From positions 1 to 38,512 of IMG/VR virus record IMGVR_UViG_3300031519_000074: 38,512 bases of DNA, one strand, 5' to 3'. This DNA is from a virus. Taxonomy: Duplodnaviria > Caudoviricetes. Positions within the stretch are counted from its first letter, which is position 1; each line of letters begins with the position of its first letter. This document shows positions 10,229-19,926 of this stretch, piece by piece. The translations under genes were made by a program, and so were the position numbers. The notes beneath the pieces are model-generated. The model did no database searches, had not been told where the DNA came from, and saw nothing but the letters and a program-made list of their open reading frames with translations.

Positions 10229-12298
10229 TTAGTAGTTATAAGTTATATTCAAAGTATGCGTAAGTGTACTACCAGCAAATCCAGTTCTGTTATTTAAAAC
10301 TTCTGGATCTGCTTCTATTATAACAGCTGGACATACACTACTTAATGCGCCAGAACCCCAAATTGACATAGCCTCCTTTGCAATATAATAATCGTAGTCA
10401 AGGCCTTCCGTTTTGCCGGTTATAGAAACACTTAATTTTGCAGGATCAAACCCTACAAAACTTGAAGTTGTAGCAGTTGCTAAAGGAACGTTTGTAACAT
10501 TTGCTATAGGTATCATTATAGCTCCACTTCCGTAATTCGCTTCATGGGGTCCTATTTTGAAGTTAGCCAAAGGGCTTGGAGAAGCATTCCAGTGCAGTCC
10601 GGTATTCGTATTATGGTCAAACACAGCTACAGCTGGCACCGCTCCGGTTCCTGTTTTTGCAAAATTTAAAGTAAAGTTAGAAGTCCTTACTGCATTGGAA
10701 GGTGAGCCGTATTTTATTTGTACACCACTTGATGTAAACCCAGTTTTAGAAGCTGTAACCATGTAAAATCCAGGAGCAGATGTTGATGCGTACTCACTTC
10801 GGGTTTTCGCATAATTAGTTGGAAAATTTGGCCCAGCATTGATAAAAGTTAAAGAAGTAGAGCCTATATTACTTAATAAGCCCGTTTCATTTGTTAAATC
10901 GGTATAGTCAGCAAATAATCCGCTTTGATTTGAAGCAGTTACAGCAAAATAAAGATTACCGTCTGCCTTTTCAAAGTCACCAAAACCCGGATAGTATTGG
11001 CCAACTTGGTTTGTTGCTTCGTCACAAACTGTTGGAAAAATAAATAATTTATTATTTGGTAAAGTATTGTATGCTGGTGCAACGTACGCGTCAGTTTGGA
11101 AAGTTACAATATCACTAAAGGTTGTTCCTTGAGCATTCGTAACGTAAGCTACAACCGCATGTTCGGTGGTATGTGCCAAAACTGCAACTGCAGCGCTAAA
11201 AGGCGACGTTATCGCACCTGCTAATGAAACTTGTGTACCTGAAGAGACAATTTGAGAGCTGGTTAAAGCATTGTTTATTGTTGTTAGTGTACTAGTTTGG
11301 GCTACAGTAACTGGTAATGTAGCTGAAAAAGAACTAATAAATTCTATTGTAGAAGGTTGTGGGCCAAAATGTTGTTCGTAAACATAATTACTTGTGCTAA
11401 TAACATTGCCGTTACCATCTATAACAGTAACATCACTAGATGGAACTCCTTCAAAAGGGTCTGTCCAATTAGGTGATCCGCTAGATATATTTGCGCTTCC
11501 ACCCTGTAGCACATCAATAACAATTTTATTAGAGTACAAATTAACTGTGCTGCTTCCACCTGTATTAGCAGTATAATAAAAGCCTATATCTGTTAATGAA
11601 GCCGCATCTTGAGTATATCTACCATTCAAAGTAGCGGTGGTAGTTGTTATTAAAGTTGGTTGTAATATAGTAACAGACGTTGCAATAGGAGCTGCGATTG
11701 CCTGCTGTGTAGCATTTAAAGTTCCGCTTACATAATCATTTGTATTACTATATCCATTAGGTACTCTTACTCTTGCTGAAATAGTCCGTAAGGTGTCTGA
11801 TACTACTGTTTCATTGAAATTTTCAGTAGTACTTTCTATTTCTCCTAAAGATGATGATACACTAATGTCTCCATTAATAGCCACTAAAGCTAGTGCCGAA
11901 GCATTAGGAAATGTAAAATTTAGTAATGTGGGCGCAGGCGGGGGTGTTGAACTATCAATTATTATTGTGTTTGCTCTTGGAGGTGTTGTACTAAAGTCGT
12001 ATTCAAATATACCATCAGTATTATCTCCTGTTACAAAATAGTAAATTTTATCTTCTTCAGGATGAGCTATACTGCCAATTACTTCTGCATTTGGATTAGA
12101 AGCAGCACTAAGACCTGTTATGTTTTGAGTTAGTAATAACTCATTACCTTTTAGGTTTTCTAAAGCCCCTACATTGCCGTCTTCAGAAAAAGCAACGCTA
12201 ACGTTTAAAGCGTCTCTATAAGAGCCAGGAGGGACTAATCTGTCATCAAGGTCCTTGTTCATTTGAGCGGACTGAAAGTTTCTTTTACTTTGTGCCAT
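10229..12298 (-). CDS. Muzzle N-terminal segment fused to Thr/Ser-rich FN3/Ig-like domains, 689 aa
   Basis: MAQSKRNFQSAQMNKDLDDRLVPPGSYRDALN...VGALENLKGN matches the characteristic N-terminus of crAss-like stabilisation proteins; later FN3-like DIGFYY...AYVTNAQGTTFSDIVTFQT. Confidence 0.75.
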   Translation of the reverse strand: MAQSKRNFQSAQMNKDLDDRLVPPGSYRDALNVSVAFSEDGNVGALENLKGNELLLTQNITGLSAASNPNAEVIGSIAHPEEDKIYYFVTGDNTDGIFEYDFSTTPPRANTIIIDSSTPPPAPTLLNFTFPNASALALVAINGDISVSSSLGEIESTTENFNETVVSDTLRTISARVRVPNGYSNTNDYVSGTLNATQQAIAAPIATSVTILQPTLITTTTATLNGRYTQDAASLTDIGFYYTANTGGSSTVNLYSNKIVIDVLQGGSANISSGSPNWTDPFEGVPSSDVTVIDGNGNVISTSNYVYEQHFGPQPSTIEFISSFSATLPVTVAQTSTLTTINNALTSSQIVSSGTQVSLAGAITSPFSAAVAVLAHTTEHAVVAYVTNAQGTTFSDIVTFQTDAYVAPAYNTLPNNKLFIFPTVCDEATNQVGQYYPGFGDFEKADGNLYFAVTASNQSGLFADYTDLTNETGLLSNIGSTSLTFINAGPNFPTNYAKTRSEYASTSAPGFYMVTASKTGFTSSGVQIKYGSPSNAVRTSNFTLNFAKTGTGAVPAVAVFDHNTNTGLHWNASPSPLANFKIGPHEANYGSGAIMIPIANVTNVPLATATTSSFVGFDPAKLSVSITGKTEGLDYDYYIAKEAMSIWGSGALSSVCPAVIIEADPEVLNNRTGFAGSTLTHTLNITYNY

Positions 12299-12344
12299 TT
12301 GAATTATTTTTATTAAAAACTACATTTAATTGCATATATTGCAT

Positions 12345-12383
12345 TTATATAATATATATTGCATAAATATAGCAAAAGGTATA
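12345..12383. promoter_or_regulatory. 39-bp AT-rich promoter-like repeat, copy 1
   Basis: 34/39 identical to 38385-38423; lies in one of the few intergenic gaps, upstream of the tail operon. Confidence 0.6.
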
Positions 12384-12386
12384 TGT

Positions 12387-13346
12387 TTAGTGTTTTATCC
12401 ATTTTGATTTTCCTCTCAACACTTGTACCATTTCTTCAGACTTATAATTAGATAGTCTTATTTTAGTATTACGTGTTTTTGCACTAGCCTCTTTTTTATA
12501 GAATGGAGCTAATTGTGCTGTAGCCGGTCTAAGCTTTGCCAAGTTGTATAGCATTTGCGCATATAAAGCCTCCTCAGCTAGTTTTGGCACTAACACCTTA
12601 CTTAGATCTCCATTGTCAGATAAGCCATCAGAAATGTAGTCTAAAACAACTGGAGATGCCTCACCTCTAGCAATACCCGCAAAGGTTCCATTAAAAAATA
12701 TTATACCCTTAACATTATCAATAAAATATGTGCCTGATCTGGACATGTCTTCCGGATTAGATCCAAATCTTTTATTAAAGTATGCAAAATTATCATCATT
12801 ATAGTTAGTATGATAATAATCTTGGGCTAACGCCGATGTATTCGAGGGGTTATTAGGATCCTGAAATCTTTTAGCTGTTGTAGATTTTGCAGCTTTTTGA
12901 ACATTTCCAGAACTATCATATAAATAAGAGAAATCTGCATCTTGTAATATAGCTGTTGGGTTGTTAGATGTTCTGCTTGGCAGTAATGTTCTTTTTACCC
13001 CGTCATCACCAACTACTGAAATTTTAACATAATTCACATAGTCTTGAGGTAATGGAAACTGCAATGCAGCTCCAAGCTCAATTTCAACACTTTTTTCAGA
13101 GTGCAAGATGTCGTAGCTAAATTCTTGAATAGCTCTTTGAGCCCAAAAAGCTACCTCATACTCGGGTACTTTAGTTAAAACCTTGTCTTCACCTATGTAT
13201 GCTACAATAAAGTTATTTATAATATCTTCAAGACTTGTTCTTTTGTAGTATCCTAATCCTTTAAAATCAGCCGGTGTGTTTCCAGCATCTGCTTCAAAGT
13301 CTGCGTGGTATGCTTGCTCAGTATATATATTCCTAGATTCTGCCAT
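12387..13346 (-). CDS. Tail ring / head-tail connector structural protein, 319 aa
   Basis: AQRAIQEFSYD, LPQDYVNYVKIS, LDYISDG, KLAEEALY motifs; position between MCP and muzzle. Confidence 0.7.
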   Translation of the reverse strand: MAESRNIYTEQAYHADFEADAGNTPADFKGLGYYKRTSLEDIINNFIVAYIGEDKVLTKVPEYEVAFWAQRAIQEFSYDILHSEKSVEIELGAALQFPLPQDYVNYVKISVVGDDGVKRTLLPSRTSNNPTAILQDADFSYLYDSSGNVQKAAKSTTAKRFQDPNNPSNTSALAQDYYHTNYNDDNFAYFNKRFGSNPEDMSRSGTYFIDNVKGIIFFNGTFAGIARGEASPVVLDYISDGLSDNGDLSKVLVPKLAEEALYAQMLYNLAKLRPATAQLAPFYKKEASAKTRNTKIRLSNYKSEEMVQVLRGKSKWIKH

Positions 13347-14050
13347 TATCGTTCAGATTGAGTTATTTGTTGATCTTTTGCTGCTGCTACTTGGGTTATT
13401 TCAGGTGATCTTATGATTACACCAGCATATGCTAATACCTTAACTACAAGTTCGTGTTCTTCAGATGGGTGTAATTCAAAGTTTTGATAACCCGATGCAC
13501 TTGTATTAGGTATGACTTGCCCCGATTGAGTACCACCTATCCATTGTGGCTCGATTGGCTTTCTAACGTAGTTTATTAGCACATTAGATATTCCTGTAAC
13601 TGGGTGTAAAACTATACCTGCCTCGTGTCTAGCGTAAACAGGATTTTTTACCGTAGGTTTTGTTAAAGGCGCTCTGTTTATATATAGTAAGTCCTTGTTA
13701 GACACCTCAGATACGTGAATCCCTCCAGCAGACACTGTACCTAGTCTATAAAAATTAGACGGATATGCGTAGTAACTAGCGGTAGTGTTACCTGCTGCAT
13801 TTGAAAAACTACCAACAGCAACAGTTTCTTCATTTTCAAATAAAGCTATTTTTTCTTCAACATTTCTTTTTATATTAGAATAATCTGAATCGTTAGAAGC
13901 TGCAAAGTTCCTTAAAGAAAAGTAACCTTCAAAAATTTCATTTTGAGCTTGGTTAGCAAGAGTATTAAATTCTCTCGGTACTATATAACCTCTATTTTCT
14001 TTGTTCAGTATATTTAATACTGTTTTATAAACATTGTCTATACTTACCAT
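13346..14050 (-). CDS. Tail ring/adaptor (P22 gp4-like position) protein, 234 aa
   Basis: VYKTVLNILNKENRGYI.P.EFN.LA.QAQ and FELHPSEE motifs; synteny. Confidence 0.7.
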   Translation of the reverse strand: MVSIDNVYKTVLNILNKENRGYIVPREFNTLANQAQNEIFEGYFSLRNFAASNDSDYSNIKRNVEEKIALFENEETVAVGSFSNAAGNTTASYYAYPSNFYRLGTVSAGGIHVSEVSNKDLLYINRAPLTKPTVKNPVYARHEAGIVLHPVTGISNVLINYVRKPIEPQWIGGTQSGQVIPNTSASGYQNFELHPSEEHELVVKVLAYAGVIIRSPEITQVAAAKDQQITQSER

Positions 14051-14072
14051 TGGTTTGTTTTATTAATTAGTT

Positions 14073-14100
14073 GGTTATGGTTAAACGAATAACCACAACC
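14073..14100 (-). other. Intergenic RNA hairpin
   Basis: Minus strand GGTTGTGGTTA-ttcgtt-TAACCATAACC, 11-bp stem with one G-U, no downstream U-tract. Confidence 0.55.
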
Positions 14101-14107
14101 TATTGTT

Positions 14108-14833
14108 TTATGCAAGCTTCTTTTCGATAGCTTTCATAACGTTTATACCATCATCTGTTTTTAAGAATCTAGCAAACGCTGTATATGGATGTTCATCAAA
14201 TGGCACAGTTAAAATCTTTTTACCTGTTTTAGCCCATTTAAATGTCGTGTTGTCATCTGCTAAATTAACTACACCATTCTCAACACTTCTGTTAGCTAAG
14301 TTACGAAGTTTTATATCTTCGTCGTTAGCAATTTCTGTGAATAAGCCTGGATTGTTTTTTGCAAATAAATAACAATCACGTTTAATTTCTTTTGAAGACA
14401 TAGTAGTTACTTCAGAACCTAATTCAGTCCTAAGGATAGCTTCTAAGTGTTCAATCTCTAATTCTTGAACTAGTTTTAGTGCTTCTAATTCTAATTCAAT
14501 TTGATCAATATCATCAACAGCTTCTTGTAGTTCGTCAATCTCTTCCCAAACTTTTCCAGCTTCAGGATGATAATTAGATAACAACTGTTGTAATACCACA
14601 TTAGTACGTGGTACATAAAGTGCTCCATTCTCAAAGATAACATGTTCTATCTGAACTCGGTCATCTTGTTCGTCTACAAATAGTGATTTTTGATTAGGCG
14701 CGTAACGCAATTCTCGGTTGATTTTTTTATCTTCATCAAACCAAAGCATTCCAACACTCCGTATTTTGTATGTTAGTGGACTCATTCCACCGGATAGGAC
14801 ATAAGACCTATCTTTTAATTCCCAATTTTTCAT
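14108..14833 (-). CDS. Conserved hypothetical protein following MCP, 241 aa
   Basis: Long ORF with phage-like codon usage; RELRYA.NQKS.FVDEQ motif; conserved position in this phage group (recalled). Confidence 0.6.
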   Translation of the reverse strand: MKNWELKDRSYVLSGGMSPLTYKIRSVGMLWFDEDKKINRELRYAPNQKSLFVDEQDDRVQIEHVIFENGALYVPRTNVVLQQLLSNYHPEAGKVWEEIDELQEAVDDIDQIELELEALKLVQELEIEHLEAILRTELGSEVTTMSSKEIKRDCYLFAKNNPGLFTEIANDEDIKLRNLANRSVENGVVNLADDNTTFKWAKTGKKILTVPFDEHPYTAFARFLKTDDGINVMKAIEKKLA

Positions 14834-14843
14834 AATATAATTT

Positions 14844-14880
14844 AATAAAATAAAATAACCCCCACCGAAGTGAGGGCTAT
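14844..14880 (-). terminator. Rho-independent terminator after the MCP gene
   Basis: ATAGCCCTCAC-TTCG-GTGGGGGTTAT hairpin with cUUCGg tetraloop, followed by TTTATTTTA. Confidence 0.85.
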
Positions 14881-14888
14881 ATTAATAA

Positions 14889-16328
14889 TTAGTCTTTCAA
14901 TAAGAAGAAGTTATTAGCTCCTTGCGTAATTAAACATCTTTCAGATAAGAAATTAACTCTCATTTCGTCAATGTCAGAAGTGTAAGCACCACCAACAGAT
15001 CCCGTAATCCAAGTTTTCATTTTTCTGTCATCTGTTTCAGAAGATCTATAACGTATGTGTAAGAATGGACGCTTGATGTTTTTACCAAGGTCTTGGTCAT
15101 ACACAGTAGATGTTCCTGCAGGGATAAGAGCTCCTTCAATATCTCCAAATTGACCACGTGTTCCGAAGTCATTTAAGTATTTCCAGTCAGTCTTATAGAA
15201 ATCGTAAGATCCACGACGGAATCCACTAAATCCTAAGTTTAAAGCCATATCCTCAGAGTTGTTGAATACTCCGTAAGAAGTACCACCAGAACCGTAAGAA
15301 TTTTTAGCAGCTAAACCATCATCAATTGCTAAAGATAAAGCTCGGTTTGTGTATAGCATATTTTCTTCTATAGCACCGTTTTTATCTAATTGCTTAAGGA
15401 TAGTATCGAAACTAGCGATAGTATCAGCATCAGCAGCAAGATCAGTATAAACATTTCCTCTAGACTCAAGAGCCGCGAAGAAACCTTCAGATCCAGTAAT
15501 ACTTCCTGGGAAGTTTGCGTGAACTGATGCGCCTTTCTTAACTGATTCAACCATAGACATCTCTAGGTAGTCTTCAAATCGTTGACGAGTTTCGTGCTCA
15601 GATTTTAAGTACCATAGGTATCCGCTTGCACCATTCTCAGAAGCAACTTCAATCCAACCGATCTGAGCTGTGTCAGAACCGCTTACTTGGTAGTTATCTT
15701 TTAAGATGATTGGTTTGTTAGTGTATGAACTGTAATCAGATTCGATTGCACCTTCCATACCAGCTGTTCCTTTTGCAAATTCAGAACCGTAAACTAATAC
15801 GTTAACACCGTTAGATGCATCAAATCCTGTTGCAGCCCATGTTGTAGCTGAGTAACAGTGTGCAGTAAATTTACTAGTTGAACCAGCTTCTGCACTTCCA
15901 GCAGTAACCACTACTCCTTTAAGTACCGGTCCAGTAACAGCACCGCCTCCAGTTTTACCTTGTACCATGATAGTTTGTCCTGCGCGGATAGCAGCAGCTC
16001 CTGAAGCAGGAAATGCAGTCCCATCAGGGTTAGCAGGGTGCGTTACCACAAACACACCTGTTGCAATGGTTAATGTTACAGCATTGTATGCTACGTGTAG
16101 TCTTCCTTGCTCTACCCAACGAATTTCATCAGACGTAGAAGGCATCTCAGCTGAAACCATACGTAAGAAAGAAGAGATAGAACGATTTCCGTAGATCTCA
16201 GCTTCTTTTTCGTATACGTCAGGCAAGAATTGCTTCGTAAAGTTAAAGTCTGTAATGTAGTTGTTTTGGAATAAAGAACCTTTCGTTGGAGAAGGTACTA
16301 AATTGTTAATTCCACTTGTAATAGCCAT
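14889..16328 (-). CDS. Major capsid protein, 479 aa
   Basis: Follows portal and scaffold; WVEQGRLH, YGSEFAKGT, SGSDTAQIGWIEV, LNLGFSGFRRGSYDFYKTDWKYLN motifs of crAss-related MCPs; strong terminator downstream. Confidence 0.9.
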   Translation of the reverse strand: MAITSGINNLVPSPTKGSLFQNNYITDFNFTKQFLPDVYEKEAEIYGNRSISSFLRMVSAEMPSTSDEIRWVEQGRLHVAYNAVTLTIATGVFVVTHPANPDGTAFPASGAAAIRAGQTIMVQGKTGGGAVTGPVLKGVVVTAGSAEAGSTSKFTAHCYSATTWAATGFDASNGVNVLVYGSEFAKGTAGMEGAIESDYSSYTNKPIILKDNYQVSGSDTAQIGWIEVASENGASGYLWYLKSEHETRQRFEDYLEMSMVESVKKGASVHANFPGSITGSEGFFAALESRGNVYTDLAADADTIASFDTILKQLDKNGAIEENMLYTNRALSLAIDDGLAAKNSYGSGGTSYGVFNNSEDMALNLGFSGFRRGSYDFYKTDWKYLNDFGTRGQFGDIEGALIPAGTSTVYDQDLGKNIKRPFLHIRYRSSETDDRKMKTWITGSVGGAYTSDIDEMRVNFLSERCLITQGANNFFLLKD

Positions 16329-16340
16329 TTTTTAATTTTT

Positions 16341-17507
16341 TTATTGTTTAAGTTTCATTCGTAATTTAGAACTAGAATCGCCTGATACAACTTTAAATTT
16401 TTGTCCACTATTGGTTTTAATAACGCCTTCTTTTCTAGGATCCATATTAATATTTTTAGCCTCCTTAGCGGAATTGCGCAGAGCATCGGCACGGCCTTGC
16501 TCATAAAAATGTTCAGCTAGTTTATCTGCATTTCGCGCAGTAAACAGTGCTTTATGGTATCCTTTGGCATCACTAATAGACCCATCGTCTCCAAGAAACT
16601 TTGATACAAAATTATTAATGTCTGATTGCTGGTCTTTTGTATCAGCTACGTTTGGAACCTTATATCGGTATTTATTGTCTCCAACTTGAAAATCAAAACC
16701 TTTAAAAGATTCACTAAAAACTTGATCAGTTTTTTGTAAAAAAGTTTGTGTTAATTGTGCACTTGATTCAGTGTTCTGTTTATATGTGTCATAATGCTGT
16801 AAAGCTTCTTGGTACTCCTGAGGAATATCTTTTTGCTGACTCAACTTGAGATCTGCATAATATTTCTCTTTGTTTCCTTCTAAATACTTTCTAGCATTGA
16901 ATAACTCTTCTTTGAACGCTCTTTTCTTAGAGCGAATTTCTCTTGGGTCATCATCGTCGTCATAAGTGAACTGGTCTTCCATGTATTCATTAATGTCTTG
17001 ACTATCCCAAGGTTTTGCTTGTTTATAATATTCTCTTAATACATCTCCATCTTCATAAGCGGAAATATCTCTGTTGAGGTTTACATAATCTTCTACAGTA
17101 CCACCTGTTTCCTGCATAAACTTTACTAGCTTATCTACATTTTCAGGTAATTCAATTTCGGGTTGTGCATTCCTTTCTGCAGCTCTTTGATCTACTTTAG
17201 GACTGTCATCCTGTGGTTGTATTTCTTCTTCATCAGTTACCAGCTCCAAAGGGGTGTCTTCTACCTTTGTATCTTCTTCAGGAGTAGGAGCTACTTCTGT
17301 TTCAACAGCTTCTTCCTCTTTTACCGGTTCGTCTTGCTTGTTAACTTCGTCTAGGTTTATTACCGGGACTTCATCTTCATTTTTACCAGCAGACTCAGGG
17401 GCGATCTCACCCTTTTCTACAGCAGTATCTAGTACCGCTTGTTCTTGTTCTTGTGCTGATTTAGTTTCTTCACTATCAACAGCACCTTTAATTTTCCATT
17501 CACTCAT
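16341..17507 (-). CDS. Putative scaffolding/head assembly protein, 388 aa
   Basis: Very acidic disordered N-terminus, helical body, HFYEQGRADA C-terminal motif; located between portal and MCP. Confidence 0.65.
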   Translation of the reverse strand: MSEWKIKGAVDSEETKSAQEQEQAVLDTAVEKGEIAPESAGKNEDEVPVINLDEVNKQDEPVKEEEAVETEVAPTPEEDTKVEDTPLELVTDEEEIQPQDDSPKVDQRAAERNAQPEIELPENVDKLVKFMQETGGTVEDYVNLNRDISAYEDGDVLREYYKQAKPWDSQDINEYMEDQFTYDDDDDPREIRSKKRAFKEELFNARKYLEGNKEKYYADLKLSQQKDIPQEYQEALQHYDTYKQNTESSAQLTQTFLQKTDQVFSESFKGFDFQVGDNKYRYKVPNVADTKDQQSDINNFVSKFLGDDGSISDAKGYHKALFTARNADKLAEHFYEQGRADALRNSAKEAKNINMDPRKEGVIKTNSGQKFKVVSGDSSSKLRMKLKQ

Positions 17508-17539
17508 AATTTAATAATATATAATAATTAGTAATTTTT

Positions 17540-19924
17540 TTAACTTGGACCAAATCTACTCATATCAATATCTCCTAGCACGTCGTTACCTTTTGATTCA
17601 AAAGACTTTTGTGGTGCCGCGGATGATGGTGGGCCCATTATATCCGAATCAGTAAGTTTACCTCCAGCTATTTCTTTTTTAGCCTGGAGTTCCATTTCTT
17701 TTAATTTTACATTGAGTTCAAACTCGTATTTCATAAGCTCACGTTTAGTGATTGCTTCATGCTCTACTTTTTTAATATCAAAGTTAGTTTGAGCCTCCAA
17801 CACTTGAACTTTTGATTGAGCCTTTATTTGCTCAGCCTGAGCTTTAGCCATTTCAGCGGTTTGTGCAGCTTTACCATTAGCCTCTGATTGCGCTTTAATA
17901 TTTGCTTCTGCTCTTGCTTGATCAGATTCAATTTTTTTGTTTCTTCTATGCTTTAATAATTCATTAGCTAATTTAACATTTTTAATACGACGTATGTCAA
18001 TAACGTCTTCTAAGTGTATTTGATCTTTAGATAATGCTATTTGTATATTATTTTCTACTAGTTGCTTTTCGTCTTGATCTGGTTCTAGTTCTAAAAATAT
18101 ACCAAAGTCGTGCAAATACAAAGTATTAAGCTCTTGTAAAGCTCCTACACTAAACCTTCCAATACCTCCTATAAAAGCTTCTCTTTGAGGGTGGAACTCT
18201 AACACGTCTTTAATTCTAACAGATATAGCTTCAGCTAAAGTAGCTGTTATATATAGTGAACTATGCAATATATGCCTAGTTGCAGTATTAGAATTAGCAG
18301 CAGCTAGTTTTTGTACACCTAGTAAAGCATATTGATCGGGGTCAGAACCATCTCTAGCCTCATTCAAACCGGTCACATCTCGTATCATGTTAAGATAGTA
18401 ATTGTAAGCCTGAATAAGCATCTGTGATTGTTGTCCACCACCTCCTGGCAATTCTTGTATAGGTACTTTACCAGCATTCATTTCCCCATCCACTGTCATT
18501 GATCTACCAATAACAGATCCTGTTTGGAAATACATATTTAATGCTTCCTGAGGATTATAGTTAGTACCATTACCTAAATCAATTTCAGCCAATCCATCAG
18601 CATCTAGATAAACACCTGATGGTGTCATTCTTTGTATTGTTTGTTGTAACTTTAAATGCGTTAATTGAATTAAATCAGCATAAGTAATCATTCTACCAAC
18701 TAAACTAGATATTTTACCCTTATACATTCTAGGGGCAGAGACTACGTAGTTCATCATAACCATACTAGCATTAGCATCTGGTCGAACCATATTGCTAGCT
18801 TTCTCCCATTTAAGAAGTTCATTAGAGCCTAAAGCCATTACGCCTTCGTATATAACCTCTCTTGCCATTGCAACTTTTTCAAAACGTGTTCTTTGATCTT
18901 TTGGTGGATCAAATTTATCGTCTTTTTTAATTGCTTTACTTGCTCCTGTAGAAGTTTCTTTTATTTTGTAAACACTTTTTTCCCAACTTTTCCAGTTAAA
19001 GTACATAACAGTCACAGTGTTTGAGTCTGACTCGTTACTTGCATCATTATTAGAATAGTCGTAATTCTTGTAATTTGATGAGGTTTTTACAATTTCAGCA
19101 AATTTTTCATTAGATAATCCTGGAAATTCTTTTTTAAGTTCGTTTGTTTTAATTTGTTTTATTTCACCAAAATAGTATACGTCCTCAAAATTCGGATCTT
19201 CTGTGTATGAATAAACTAAATTAGAAGGGTCTACGTATTCTAATTTGATTCCATCGGTGTTATTGAATGTATGTTTTGCGCACGCAATTCCTAAAACCGC
19301 TTGGTCATAATCTAGTCTTTTCTTTAATTCAGGATAGTTATTTCTTTGAAAAACATTATCCATAGCTTGCTCGTGAGCAATCTCTATAGAAGGCTTGTAA
19401 CCAATTTGCATGTGAAGCTCTAGTTCCTCTGTAGTCTTAGGGGTACCAGGTGCTTTTTCATTTCTGGTATCAATACCTAATTTAGAGTTCATATTTTCAA
19501 TAAAGTCCTCAGCTAATATATCTTCTTGAACAGAGTCCACGTAGTCAGTTCTTTCTTTTACAGAAGTTGGATCTTGCGCAAAGGCTTTTATTTTAAATAA
19601 TCTATCTTGCATTCCGTTTACCACTATATCCACAAATTTAGGGATTATTGGTACTGGAGTCCAATCTAAGTTTAAATACGACAGATCTCCATTTACTGAA
19701 AATTCATCTTTATACTTTTGGACTGATTGCTCGCCTCTAGCATATAATCTTAACTTGTGAAAGTCTCTTTGATTTTGTGCAAACCTCCCTGTACCGGATG
19801 ATTTTCTAAACCATTCGTTCTGGATACCTCGCGCCACTTCCATTCCGTAGTCCATGCTAGCTTTCGTAGCATCATCAACCGATTGGCTGGGAAATTGGGT
19901 AACTTGTCCTGTAGCTTCTGCCAT
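17540..19924 (-). CDS. Portal protein, 794 aa
   Basis: Immediately after terL; LSYLNLDWTPVPIIPKFVDIVVNG, IRDVTGLNEARDGS motifs; C-terminal coiled coil. Confidence 0.9.
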   Translation of the reverse strand: MAEATGQVTQFPSQSVDDATKASMDYGMEVARGIQNEWFRKSSGTGRFAQNQRDFHKLRLYARGEQSVQKYKDEFSVNGDLSYLNLDWTPVPIIPKFVDIVVNGMQDRLFKIKAFAQDPTSVKERTDYVDSVQEDILAEDFIENMNSKLGIDTRNEKAPGTPKTTEELELHMQIGYKPSIEIAHEQAMDNVFQRNNYPELKKRLDYDQAVLGIACAKHTFNNTDGIKLEYVDPSNLVYSYTEDPNFEDVYYFGEIKQIKTNELKKEFPGLSNEKFAEIVKTSSNYKNYDYSNNDASNESDSNTVTVMYFNWKSWEKSVYKIKETSTGASKAIKKDDKFDPPKDQRTRFEKVAMAREVIYEGVMALGSNELLKWEKASNMVRPDANASMVMMNYVVSAPRMYKGKISSLVGRMITYADLIQLTHLKLQQTIQRMTPSGVYLDADGLAEIDLGNGTNYNPQEALNMYFQTGSVIGRSMTVDGEMNAGKVPIQELPGGGGQQSQMLIQAYNYYLNMIRDVTGLNEARDGSDPDQYALLGVQKLAAANSNTATRHILHSSLYITATLAEAISVRIKDVLEFHPQREAFIGGIGRFSVGALQELNTLYLHDFGIFLELEPDQDEKQLVENNIQIALSKDQIHLEDVIDIRRIKNVKLANELLKHRRNKKIESDQARAEANIKAQSEANGKAAQTAEMAKAQAEQIKAQSKVQVLEAQTNFDIKKVEHEAITKRELMKYEFELNVKLKEMELQAKKEIAGGKLTDSDIMGPPSSAAPQKSFESKGNDVLGDIDMSRFGPS

Positions 19925-19926
19925 TT

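Noticed and set aside
3567-12298. Stop-codon reassignment (as in some crAss-like phages) explaining the split muzzle gene
   Set aside because: The splits end in TAA and are followed by fresh ATG starts. TAG and TGA act as normal stops elsewhere (e.g. terL, holin), and core genes are intact in the standard code.
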